A DNA stretch of 64,000 bases from NCBI GenBank assembly GCA_947064765.1, contig CAMSWH010000002.1, positions 4,976-68,975 on the forward strand, read 5' to 3'. The notes under the pieces were generated by a model. It ran no database searches, had not been told where the DNA came from, and saw nothing but the letters and a program-made list of their open reading frames with translations. The DNA is from an uncultured Clostridium sp. (GTDB lineage: Bacteria; Bacillota; Clostridia; TANB77; CAG-508). Shown in pieces: positions 18,208 through 27,234 of the stretch. Each line of letters starts with the position of its first letter. The stretch's first letter is position 1. The position numbers and the translations under genes are program-made.

Positions 18208-18639
18208 TTAAACATTATAATCTGATACTTTTTTATATGCATATAATGCTGATACTCCAAGAGCAATTACTACAAAAATAACTGTTGAATTTGATCCAGC
18301 ATATGGTAATTTGCTAGAATTTGTATTTGATGTATTTGCTTTTGTATTAGTATTAGTATTAGTATTAGTGTTTGTATTTGTATTTCTACTTGAGTTTGTA
18401 TTATTCACAACTCCAACAGTATTTGAAGAACTATTTGTATTTGTATTATTTTCTCCAGCTACTGCACTTACTGCATTTGTATTATTTGATGGTGTAAGTG
18501 ATAAAGTATTACTTGCTGTATTATTTTCACTTCCATCTGTTGGCTCTGTTGCAAGTGAAGCAACATTTCCGATTACTAATGCTACTAATGTAACAATAAT
18601 TAAACTAACTAACATTTTTTCTTTACTAAATTTTACCAT
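18208..18639 (-). CDS. Small N/T/S-rich surface protein with an LPxAG-type sorting signal
   Basis: Start at ATG 18639 (GGAGA upstream). It has a signal/TM segment and an (NT)n run. The C-terminus LPYAGS is followed by a hydrophobic segment and a KK tail. Confidence 0.6.
   Translation of the reverse strand: MVKFSKEKMLVSLIIVTLVALVIGNVASLATEPTDGSENNTASNTLSLTPSNNTNAVSAVAGENNTNTNSSSNTVGVVNNTNSSRNTNTNTNTNTNTNTKANTSNTNSSKLPYAGSNSTVIFVVIALGVSALYAYKKVSDYNV
18344..18385. repeat. Hexanucleotide microsatellite inside the surface-protein gene
   Basis: Four perfect gtatta units are followed by gtgttt, gtattt and gtattt. Together they encode the NTNTNT... run. Confidence 0.9.
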
Positions 18640-18766
18640 TTTTTCCATCTCCCTATTTCTTAACATCTGTTCATATTATAACCATAAAAAATTTTTAATG
18701 CAAGTTTTTTTGACATTTTTTTATTTTTTAACATAATTGTAATATTTGTAATATAATTTTAATATT

Positions 18767-19861
18767 TTAAACATTAAATCTAAATAAAACAATATCTCCA
18801 TCACGCATTACATATTCTTTTCCTTCTGAACGAACTAAACCTTTTTCTTTCGCTTGTACCATTGATCCACCTACATTCATTAAATCATCAAATGAAATAA
18901 CTTCTGCTTTTATAAAACCTCTTTCAATATCTGAATGTATTTTTCCAGCAGCTTGTGGTGCTTTAGTTCCTATTTTTATTGTCCAAGCTCTTACCTCAGG
19001 TTCTCCTGCAGTTAAGAAAGACATTAATCCTAATAATTTATAGCTTGCTTTTATAAGCTTATCTAATCCCGATTCTTCAAGTCCAAGTGCTTGTAACATT
19101 TCTTCTTTATCATCTTTGTCTAATGTGCTTAATTCTTCTTCGATTTTAACACAAAGAGGTATTACTTCTGCACCTTCTGATTTTGCATATTCTTTTACTT
19201 TTAAAACATTACTATTATTTTCACAATTTTCTATCTCATCTTCTGATACATTTGCAACATATAATACTGGCTTTAAAGTTAATAAAAAGCTTTCTTTTAA
19301 AACTTCTTTTTCTTCATCAGTATATGATAAAGTTCTTGCACATTTACCATTATCTAATGCTTCTTTTACCTTATCTAATGTATCAATTTCAAATTGATAT
19401 TTTTTATCTGCTTTTAAAAGTTTTTTTGCTCTTTCTAATCTTTTTTCTATTGTTTCTAAATCTGCAAAAATTAATTCAAGATTTATTGTTTCAATATCAC
19501 GAAGTGGATTTATATTTCCTTCAACATGAACAATATTTGAATTTTCAAAACATCTAACAACTTGAAGTATACTATCAACTTCTCTTATATGAGATAAAAA
19601 TTTATTTCCTAAACCTTCTCCTCTACTTGCTCCCTTTACTAATCCAGCTATATCTACAAATTCTACAACAGCATTGGTTACTTTTTGTGGTTTATAAATT
19701 TCTGCTAATTTTTCAATTCTTTCATCTGGAACTGCAACTACCCCTACATTAGGTTCTATTGTACAAAATGGATAATTTGCACATTCTGCTCCAGCTTTTG
19801 TTATGCTATTAAATAAAGTGCTTTTTCCAACATTTGGAAGTCCAACTATTCCTATTTTCAT
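18767..19861 (-). CDS. ychF: Ribosome-binding ATPase YchF
   Basis: G1 motif GLPNVGKST and a C-terminal YchF/TGS region (RAWTI...AAGKIHSDIERGFI). Confidence 0.95.
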   Translation of the reverse strand: MKIGIVGLPNVGKSTLFNSITKAGAECANYPFCTIEPNVGVVAVPDERIEKLAEIYKPQKVTNAVVEFVDIAGLVKGASRGEGLGNKFLSHIREVDSILQVVRCFENSNIVHVEGNINPLRDIETINLELIFADLETIEKRLERAKKLLKADKKYQFEIDTLDKVKEALDNGKCARTLSYTDEEKEVLKESFLLTLKPVLYVANVSEDEIENCENNSNVLKVKEYAKSEGAEVIPLCVKIEEELSTLDKDDKEEMLQALGLEESGLDKLIKASYKLLGLMSFLTAGEPEVRAWTIKIGTKAPQAAGKIHSDIERGFIKAEVISFDDLMNVGGSMVQAKEKGLVRSEGKEYVMRDGDIVLFRFNV

Positions 19862-19927
19862 CTTTATTCCTTTCTTTTCTTGATTTTTTATAGAAATAAA
19901 TTCTAATATATATACTCAAAATAATTA

Positions 19928-19948
19928 TGGAGCTCACTAGCGGACTTG
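19928..19948 (-). repeat. 21-nt duplicate of the tRNA-Thr 3' end
   Basis: tggagctcactagcggacttg compared with tggagcccactagcggacttg at 20040-20060: 20/21 identical, in the same orientation. Confidence 0.7.
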
Positions 19949-19962
19949 TCAAGCCGCGTCCT

Positions 19963-19987
19963 AAAAACAGTCTACTAGACTGTTTTT
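19963..19987 (-). terminator. Intrinsic terminator downstream of tRNA-Thr
   Basis: On the minus strand aaaaacagtct-agt-agactgttttt, followed by a T run. Confidence 0.55.
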
Positions 19988-20039
19988 GCCTCATTTCATT
20001 CGGCCGTCCTTTTCAAGTCCGTTCATGTTCTTAAAATTA

Positions 20040-20115
<76 letters not shown>

Positions 20116-20242
20116 ATACTTTCTTTATTTTAGTAAAATTTAATTTTATATTTTTACAATCGCACTACGTGTGGCTTCATTTCATTATATAAAAAATAAA
20201 GTAAAATTTTTTATTTCACTCTATTTTTATATAACTATTTTA

Positions 20243-20887
20243 TTAAATATCACTTTCTATTATTGCCTTATTTGCTTTTTTTCTAATTCTTTGTATAGCA
20301 TTATCTATTGATTTAACAGGAGAATTTAATTTTTCTGCTATATCTACATAACTTTCTCCTTGTATGTATCTATTTAATACTTGTTTTTCAAAAAAACTTA
20401 AATTTTCATCTATTCTATTTTCTACAAATTCTAAATATTCTCTTTTTGTTATTGTATCTAATGGGTCTTCTACAAAATTAGTATCTAAAATTTCCATTAC
20501 TGTTGTATCATCATTTTCATCATAGGCTGATGTATTAAGTGAAAATGATGAATTAAGTGGTAAATGTTTTTGCCTGTTTGAAGTTTTTATAGCTGTTATT
20601 AACTGTCTTTCTATACATAAGTTGGCAAAGGTTTTAAAAGAATTATTTTTTTCTAAATCAAAAGATTTTATTGCTTTAAATAATCCTATCATTCCTTCTT
20701 GAATCATATCGTCACTTTCTGCACCTATTAAGAAAAATTTATTAGCTTTCATATTAACAATATTTCTATATTTTTCTAATAAATAATTTTGCGCTCCTAA
20801 ATCGCCTAATCTTATTTGTTCGATTAGTTTCTCATCTGGAATGTTCTCATATTTATTGTTAAAAGAATATAAGTTATTATTATGCAT
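20243..20887 (-). CDS. sigH: Sporulation sigma factor SigH (Spo0H)
   Basis: Region 2 DMIQEGMIGLFKAIKSFD and region 4 HTH SYVDIAEKLNSPVKSIDNAIQRIRKK; the overall pattern is SigH-like. Confidence 0.85.
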   Translation of the reverse strand: MHNNNLYSFNNKYENIPDEKLIEQIRLGDLGAQNYLLEKYRNIVNMKANKFFLIGAESDDMIQEGMIGLFKAIKSFDLEKNNSFKTFANLCIERQLITAIKTSNRQKHLPLNSSFSLNTSAYDENDDTTVMEILDTNFVEDPLDTITKREYLEFVENRIDENLSFFEKQVLNRYIQGESYVDIAEKLNSPVKSIDNAIQRIRKKANKAIIESDI

Positions 20888-20963
20888 TTACAATTTTGAA
20901 ACCTCCTACGCAAGTTATAGCTGTATTATATGCTCAAAACCTTACAATGTCAAGAGTTCAAAC

Positions 20964-20995
20964 AAAAAAAGGTAGAATAAATTTCTACCTTTTTT
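20964..20995. terminator. Terminator after rny
   Basis: ggtagaa-taaat-ttctacc flanked by an A7 run and a T6 run. Confidence 0.6.
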
Positions 20996-21014
20996 ATATA
21001 ATTTTTTACTATAA

Positions 21015-22562
21015 TTATTTTGCGTAATCAATTACTCTGGATTCCCTAATTACATTTACCTTTATTTGTCCTGGATATTCCATTTCATTTTCTACTTTTT
21101 TCGCAACTTCTCTAGCCATTACAACCATATCACTATCAGAAACTTTATCAGGTTTTACTATTAATCTAACTTCACGTCCTGCTTGAATTGCAAATGATTT
21201 TTCAACACCTTCAAATGAATCTGCAATTTCTTCAAGTTTTTCTAATCTCTTAATATATGATTCTAACGTTTCTCTTCTTGCACCAGGTCTTGATGCTGAT
21301 ATTGCATCGGCTGCTTGTACAAGTATTGCTTCTAATGTAAGTGGTTCAACATCTCCATGATGTGCTTCTACAGCATTTATTACTGTATCATTTTCTTTGT
21401 ATTTCTTTAGGATTTCAACACCTAATTCTACGTGTGTACCTTCCATATCATGATCTAATGCTTTTCCTATATCATGTAATAATCCAGCACGTCTTGCAAT
21501 TTTAGAGTTTATTCCTAATTCTTCTGCCATTATTCTAGCTAAGTTAGAAACTTCAATTGAGTGGTTTAAAACATTTTGTCCATAGCTAGTTCTATATTTT
21601 AATTTACCAATTAATTTAATTATGTCTGGATGAAGGTTATTAACTCCTGTTTCTAAAGCAGCTCTTTCTCCTTCTTCTTTTATAATTGTTGCAACTTCTT
21701 CTTTTGCTTTTTCTACCATTTCCTCAATTTTAGCTGGATGTATTCTTCCATCTTCAATTAATTTTTCTATAGCTATTCTCGCTACTTCTCTTCTTAATGG
21801 ATCAAATCCAGAAATAATAACAGCTTCAGGAGTATCATCAATTATTAAGTCAATTCCTGTAAGAGTTTCTAGTGTTTTTATATTTCTTCCCTCTCTACCT
21901 ATTATTCTTCCTTTCATTTCATCATTTGGAAGTGAAACAACAGATACTGTTGTTTCTGAAGTATGATCAGCTGCACATTTTTGAATTGCAAAACTTACAA
22001 TTTCTCTTGCATTTTTTATAGAATCTTCTTTTGCCTTTGCTTCTAATTCTCTAATCATTGCTGCTTTTTCTTGAGTTATTTCTTTATCTAACTCATTTAG
22101 TAATTGTTGTTTTGCTTGTTCTTGTGTTAACCCAGAAATTCTTTGCAACTCTTCAAGTTCTTTATTATAAAGACCTTCTAATTCTTCTCTTTTTTGTTCA
22201 TTCTCTGCGAATTTTCTTTCTAGTTCTTTTTCTTTTCCATCATACATAGTTGCTCTTTTTTCTAAGTTTTCTTCTTTCTGGATCAATCTTCTTTCTTGTG
22301 CTTGAACATCGCCTCTTCTTTCTTTCATCTCTTGATCTAATTCATTTCTTATTTGTAGTACTTCTTCTTTAGCTTTAATCAATTCTTCTTTTTTTAAATT
22401 TTCTGCTTCTATCTTTACGTTTTCAATTAATCTTCTAGCTTCACTTTCTGCACTTTGAATTTTAGATTCTGCAATTCTTTTTCTTATAAGCCCTCCAACA
22501 GGGATAAATATTGCAGCTGAGATAAGAATAGTGGCAATGATAATTAAAACTGTTTGCACCAT
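21015..22562 (-). CDS. rny: Ribonuclease Y
   Basis: N-terminal TM, coiled coil, KH domain ([11 protein letters not shown]) and HD domain (LLHDIGKA). Confidence 0.95.
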   Translation of the reverse strand: MVQTVLIIIATILISAAIFIPVGGLIRKRIAESKIQSAESEARRLIENVKIEAENLKKEELIKAKEEVLQIRNELDQEMKERRGDVQAQERRLIQKEENLEKRATMYDGKEKELERKFAENEQKREELEGLYNKELEELQRISGLTQEQAKQQLLNELDKEITQEKAAMIRELEAKAKEDSIKNAREIVSFAIQKCAADHTSETTVSVVSLPNDEMKGRIIGREGRNIKTLETLTGIDLIIDDTPEAVIISGFDPLRREVARIAIEKLIEDGRIHPAKIEEMVEKAKEEVATIIKEEGERAALETGVNNLHPDIIKLIGKLKYRTSYGQNVLNHSIEVSNLARIMAEELGINSKIARRAGLLHDIGKALDHDMEGTHVELGVEILKKYKENDTVINAVEAHHGDVEPLTLEAILVQAADAISASRPGARRETLESYIKRLEKLEEIADSFEGVEKSFAIQAGREVRLIVKPDKVSDSDMVVMAREVAKKVENEMEYPGQIKVNVIRESRVIDYAK

Positions 22563-22736
22563 AATTACATTTACCTCTTTTCTATTAAATTTTCAATGTA
22601 CAACAAAATTATTTCATAAATCAAACAATTATTTATATAATTTATATTGTATTTTATCCTACATTACTATTTTATATGTATTATTGTAAACTGTCAAGTT
22701 TTTTTTGTCTATTAGTAATTGTGATTTTATTATAAT

Positions 22737-22870
22737 AGACATGGGGACGTTGTTGTTGTCTAAATTAAAATAAAATTCATATATGATATTTAATTATAAT
22801 TAATACTGTAAACATTCAACTATAATTAACTATATCTATAAATTTAGACAACAACAACGTCCCTATGTCT
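22737..22870. repeat. 134-bp inverted-repeat element: 30-nt arms, 29/30 complementary, 74-bp AT-rich spacer
   Basis: Left arm agacatggggacgttgttgttgtctaaatt (22737-22766). Right arm aatttagacaacaacaacgtccctatgtct (22841-22870). TA flanks lie on both sides. Confidence 0.85.
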
Positions 22871-22912
22871 ATATTTTTATATTATAAATATGTTCTAGGT
22901 TATAATCTTTTC

Positions 22913-23854
22913 TTATTCAAACATTTTATCTATTGCTTTTGAATAAATTTCTTTTGCTATATTATAACCATTTGGTATAATCTCTGTAAATTTATTCATA
23001 CAAACACTTCCATTTACTTCCATTACAAAAATCTCATTATTTTTAGTTTTTGCAACATCTATACTTGCAAATTCGATATTTAATGCATTACCTGCATCTA
23101 AAGCAACTTTTTTTACCTTTTCTATAAACTTATCTTTTTCATCTATTACAATTGGCTCTGCACCATTGCTTAAATTATGTTTCCAAGATACTATAACTTC
23201 TTCTTTATCTTTAGGAACATATTTTAAATCAAGCTCTTTAGATACATCTATTTGTATATTATTATCTATGTTTTTTTTATCTATTAATTCTTGTAGCGTC
23301 TTTTTTCCATCACCAATAACATATGGTTTTCTTTTCTTATAAATATACAATAATTCTCCACATAAATATATTGCTCTATATTCAAAATCTATTTCCATAT
23401 ATGGACAAGCACTTAAAGTTGGATTTTTTTCTTCAAATAATTTTTTTATTGTATATTCGATCTCCTCTTCTGATTTGCAAAAATATACGTCTCTTCCTTC
23501 AAAAGAATCATTTGCTTTTATAACAACTTTATTATTATTTTTTGATAATAACTTTTTAGCTTCTTGTATAAACTTATTTTCATAATATATACTTCTTGTT
23601 TTAGGATTAAATATCATTTTATGCTCTATTGTTGGAACATTATTTGATTTTAAAACTTCATATGTTGCAAATTTATCTCCTGCAATTTTATATGATACTG
23701 CACTATTCAAATCAAGTTGATATCTAATTATATAATGTGATTTATTTTCTTTTTTTAATTCTCTAATCCATCCATATGAAAGGAGTTTTTGACTGATATT
23801 TTTTTCCTCACATATTTCATTTATAATTTTATAAAAAGGTTTTTGTTCTTCCAT
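22913..23854 (-). CDS. ATP-grasp family ligase, substrate unknown
   Basis: VVIKANDSFEGRDVYF (Lys/Gly-rich loop pattern) and C-terminal FVMEVNGS (E-x-N Mg site pattern); 313 aa. Confidence 0.6.
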   Translation of the reverse strand: MEEQKPFYKIINEICEEKNISQKLLSYGWIRELKKENKSHYIIRYQLDLNSAVSYKIAGDKFATYEVLKSNNVPTIEHKMIFNPKTRSIYYENKFIQEAKKLLSKNNNKVVIKANDSFEGRDVYFCKSEEEIEYTIKKLFEEKNPTLSACPYMEIDFEYRAIYLCGELLYIYKKRKPYVIGDGKKTLQELIDKKNIDNNIQIDVSKELDLKYVPKDKEEVIVSWKHNLSNGAEPIVIDEKDKFIEKVKKVALDAGNALNIEFASIDVAKTKNNEIFVMEVNGSVCMNKFTEIIPNGYNIAKEIYSKAIDKMFE

Positions 23855-23931
23855 AAAACTCCTCTTTCTATTTCATATTTTATGATAAATAACGCATATT
23901 TCTATAAAAATTAATAATACAAATTAGATTT

Positions 23932-25587
23932 TTAAACTATCTTGCTAAATATTTTAACTTGATGCTTTATAATATACTTTCTTATTAAATACAGTCCTAT
24001 TATATATATTAAACTTATAATACCTACTAAAACTTCTATATTTGATATATTAAAAGCTACTAGTGCAATTATTCCTAATTGAATTAATATAATAACAATC
24101 TGGAAAAACATATTTACATTTTGTTTAACAACTGCATATTCAGTTATCCATTCAAGTTTAGGATTTATTAAATCTATTATTATAAAGCAATAATTATTAA
24201 ATATATTCATTAAAATTGAAACTACACTAATATATAATAATATTTTGATAGATGCAATAGGTACTATAATTTTTATTATTATTAAAAAATATATTAATGG
24301 TATCATATTTAAAATCATTCCAGGTATTGTTTTATATAAACATTGTTTTTCTAAATTTACAGGAATATACTTCATAAATGTACTATTATTTCTATCTCTT
24401 GATACGGCTGTCGCTGATATAAAATTAAACATAAAACAAAATGCAACTATTGCTAAAGATACAAAAATTCCTCTTTGAGTTTCAATATTTTGCAATATTA
24501 AATTCTGCAATTCTAGTATTCCCTCTTCACCGCTTTCCTTAAGTGAAACAATGATTGGAAAAGAAAATAGCACTGGAAATAGTATTGATGGTAGCATGCA
24601 TTGCATAAAAAATATTGGATTCCTTGTTAAATTAATAAATTCTTTTTTTACATATGATTTTAAAGGCGTTTTTTCTATATAATCCTTATCTTTACTTGTT
24701 TTTTTACTTTTTTTAATTCCTTGAGTTTGAAGAGAAGTTATAGCTTTTATATACATTTTAGATGTAATTATACCACCTAATATATAAACTACTATTGTTT
24801 CTAAAAACAAAACAAGTACACTAATCATTCCGTTTAAACTATTATAGTTTAGTAATGCATTATTAATCGTTTTTAATGTTATAAAATAATCAGAATACAT
24901 TTCTACTAATCCATTTGTTTCTAAAAGCATATTTGCTAATTCTTCATTTGTAATCTCATTACTACTTCCAGATGAACTTAACATTTGTATTCCTATTACA
25001 AATATTAATGTCACAAAAACTGTTATATATTGAACCATATCTTTATTTTTTATTATATTTGTAAATTTCATTATTATAGTTACAATAATTGATGTAAGTA
25101 TTACTGGTATAATTGGAAATAATAATACTACTAATAAACCAACTATATAAAAAGTAATTCCTAATTTTAATAAAACTCCATATACTACTAAAACTGGCAA
25201 AATTACAATAGCATTAATTATATAGCTTGATATTATTAAGCAATTAAATTTAGCCATTATAATTTTTATAGAACTTATAGGCAATGGTATTAAATATTCA
25301 ATATCTTTCGAAAAGAATAAAATATTTAAACTATTAAATACTGTTTGAATAATAGTCATTCCAATCATACCTACAAAACATATATTAAAAAATACAGCTT
25401 CTTGATTTATTTCCATGAGGCTTCTTATCGCTTCATAACTGATATATCCCACAATTCCTGCTAAATATGCATATAATGCTGTAAATAATACTATCTTACC
25501 TAAATTAGAACCCTTTTTATCATTTTTCTTATTTTTATTTAAAGAGCCTTTAAATAAAATTTTTGTTAATAATACTATATCCCTCAT
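23932..25587 (-). CDS. Large polytopic membrane protein, a putative ABC exporter permease (YthQ-like)
   Basis: 551 aa with at least 10 hydrophobic segments, directly downstream of an ABC ATPase gene. Confidence 0.55.
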   Translation of the reverse strand: MRDIVLLTKILFKGSLNKNKKNDKKGSNLGKIVLFTALYAYLAGIVGYISYEAIRSLMEINQEAVFFNICFVGMIGMTIIQTVFNSLNILFFSKDIEYLIPLPISSIKIIMAKFNCLIISSYIINAIVILPVLVVYGVLLKLGITFYIVGLLVVLLFPIIPVILTSIIVTIIMKFTNIIKNKDMVQYITVFVTLIFVIGIQMLSSSGSSNEITNEELANMLLETNGLVEMYSDYFITLKTINNALLNYNSLNGMISVLVLFLETIVVYILGGIITSKMYIKAITSLQTQGIKKSKKTSKDKDYIEKTPLKSYVKKEFINLTRNPIFFMQCMLPSILFPVLFSFPIIVSLKESGEEGILELQNLILQNIETQRGIFVSLAIVAFCFMFNFISATAVSRDRNNSTFMKYIPVNLEKQCLYKTIPGMILNMIPLIYFLIIIKIIVPIASIKILLYISVVSILMNIFNNYCFIIIDLINPKLEWITEYAVVKQNVNMFFQIVIILIQLGIIALVAFNISNIEVLVGIISLIYIIGLYLIRKYIIKHQVKIFSKIV

Positions 25588-25673
25588 TCACAAATCTTCT
25601 TTCTCTTTTTTATAATTATTAATATATAGATTCTTATATATTCAAAAAATAATATTTTATTTATATTAAAAAT

Positions 25674-26393
25674 TTATTCTGTAATTTCTAAAAATAAATC
25701 TTCTAATGATGCATCTTCTTTAAATTGTTTTTTCATTTCTTCATAAGTTCCAACAAAAATTAGCTTTCCTTTATTTATTATTCCAATTCTATCACATAAT
25801 TTTTCTGCTACTTCAAGCACATGAGTTGAAAAGAATACTGTATTTCCAGAATTAGCATATTCTTTCATCATTTCTTTTAAATCGTGTGAAGATTTTGGAT
25901 CTAACCCTGTCATTGGCTCATCTAAAATCCAATTTTTAGGATTATGCAATAATGTTCCTATTACATTTATTTTTTGTCTCATACCATGAGAATAGCTCTG
26001 AATTCTATCATTTAAATTCTCATATATATCAAACTTTTTTGACAAAGTTTCTATTTTTTCTTTTCTTTCTTCTTTGGATATTTTATAAATATCTGATAAG
26101 AAATTTAAATATTCAATTCCTTTTAATTTTAGAAATATATCTGGATTATCTGGAACAAATCCAAATTTTTTCTTTGCTTCTACTGGCGACTTAGAAATAC
26201 TTGTCCCATCTAATAATATATCTCCTTCATCTATCTCTAAAATACCTGTAATCATCTTTATTGTTGTTGTTTTTCCTGCTCCATTTGGTCCTAAAAATCC
26301 AAAAATTTCTCCATTTTTAATTTCTAAATCTAAATCACTAATTGATTTTTTATCTTTTACATATGACTTACTAACTTTTTTTATTTCAATCAT
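25674..26393 (-). CDS. ABC transporter ATP-binding protein
   Basis: Walker A GPNGAGKTT, signature-like YSHGMRQK and Walker B WILDEP. Confidence 0.9.
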   Translation of the reverse strand: MIEIKKVSKSYVKDKKSISDLDLEIKNGEIFGFLGPNGAGKTTTIKMITGILEIDEGDILLDGTSISKSPVEAKKKFGFVPDNPDIFLKLKGIEYLNFLSDIYKISKEERKEKIETLSKKFDIYENLNDRIQSYSHGMRQKINVIGTLLHNPKNWILDEPMTGLDPKSSHDLKEMMKEYANSGNTVFFSTHVLEVAEKLCDRIGIINKGKLIFVGTYEEMKKQFKEDASLEDLFLEITE

Positions 26394-26482
26394 AAAAAAC
26401 TCCTATCTTTTATTTTATATACAATATTTATCTTATATATTTTATAGATTTTTTAATTTTTTTACCACTATCACTTCAATAT

Positions 26483-27058
26483 TTAATTTATTAACTTTAA
26501 ATATTCTTCTTCAAAAATAGTAAAAAATTCTTTCATAATTTCTTCTCTTGAAAATTCTATTCCAAATTCAATTTTTAATGAAGAAGCAATTTCTTTTAAT
26601 TCTTCTGGAAACACTGTTTGATTAAGATTAAACCCTATTCCTATATAAAGCTTTTTAACAATTTCTCCTTCTACTTTAGTTTCAGTTAAAATTCCTGCTA
26701 ACTTTCTATTATTATATATTATATCATTTGGTTTTTTTATTTCTAAATCATATCCATATAATTTTTTTATTGATTTTACCATACACTCTGCAATTAATAT
26801 AGTTAATCTTGATAATTTATTTATATTACAATTTGGATATAATATATATGTCATTGTTAAATTTTCTTCTTTACCAGTAAACCATTTTCTATCATTAGTT
26901 CCAACTCCTGAGGTTTGTATATCTGCTAATATAACAGTTCCTTCTTGTATTTCTTCTTTTAAATTTTTAGCAAACTCTTGAGTTGATCCAATTGATTGAA
27001 AATATATTACATTTTTTCCTATAAATTTTGTATTTAAATCTTTTAATTCCATTTTCAA
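26483..27058 (-). CDS. Biotin protein ligase (BPL/LPL) catalytic-domain protein, short and with a degenerate biotin-binding loop
   Basis: IGSTQEF, KKPNDI, GILTE and GIGFNLN match the BirA catalytic core. The GRGRxGRxW loop reads GVGTNDRKW, and at 191 aa the protein lacks the C-terminal domain. Confidence 0.6.
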   Translation of the reverse strand: MKMELKDLNTKFIGKNVIYFQSIGSTQEFAKNLKEEIQEGTVILADIQTSGVGTNDRKWFTGKEENLTMTYILYPNCNINKLSRLTILIAECMVKSIKKLYGYDLEIKKPNDIIYNNRKLAGILTETKVEGEIVKKLYIGIGFNLNQTVFPEELKEIASSLKIEFGIEFSREEIMKEFFTIFEEEYLKLIN

Positions 27059-27234
27059 TTTATTCCTTTCTCACTTTGCTAAAGGAGATACACATATTAC
27101 AAAACACTTTACTTTCTTTCAAATCAGCAACTAAAATATTTATTTCAATTACATATATCTAATTTTTATCAATATTATTCTAATTAAAAAGCGAACTATT
27201 AAAATTTTAATTACATTAGTTCGCTTTTGTAAAA

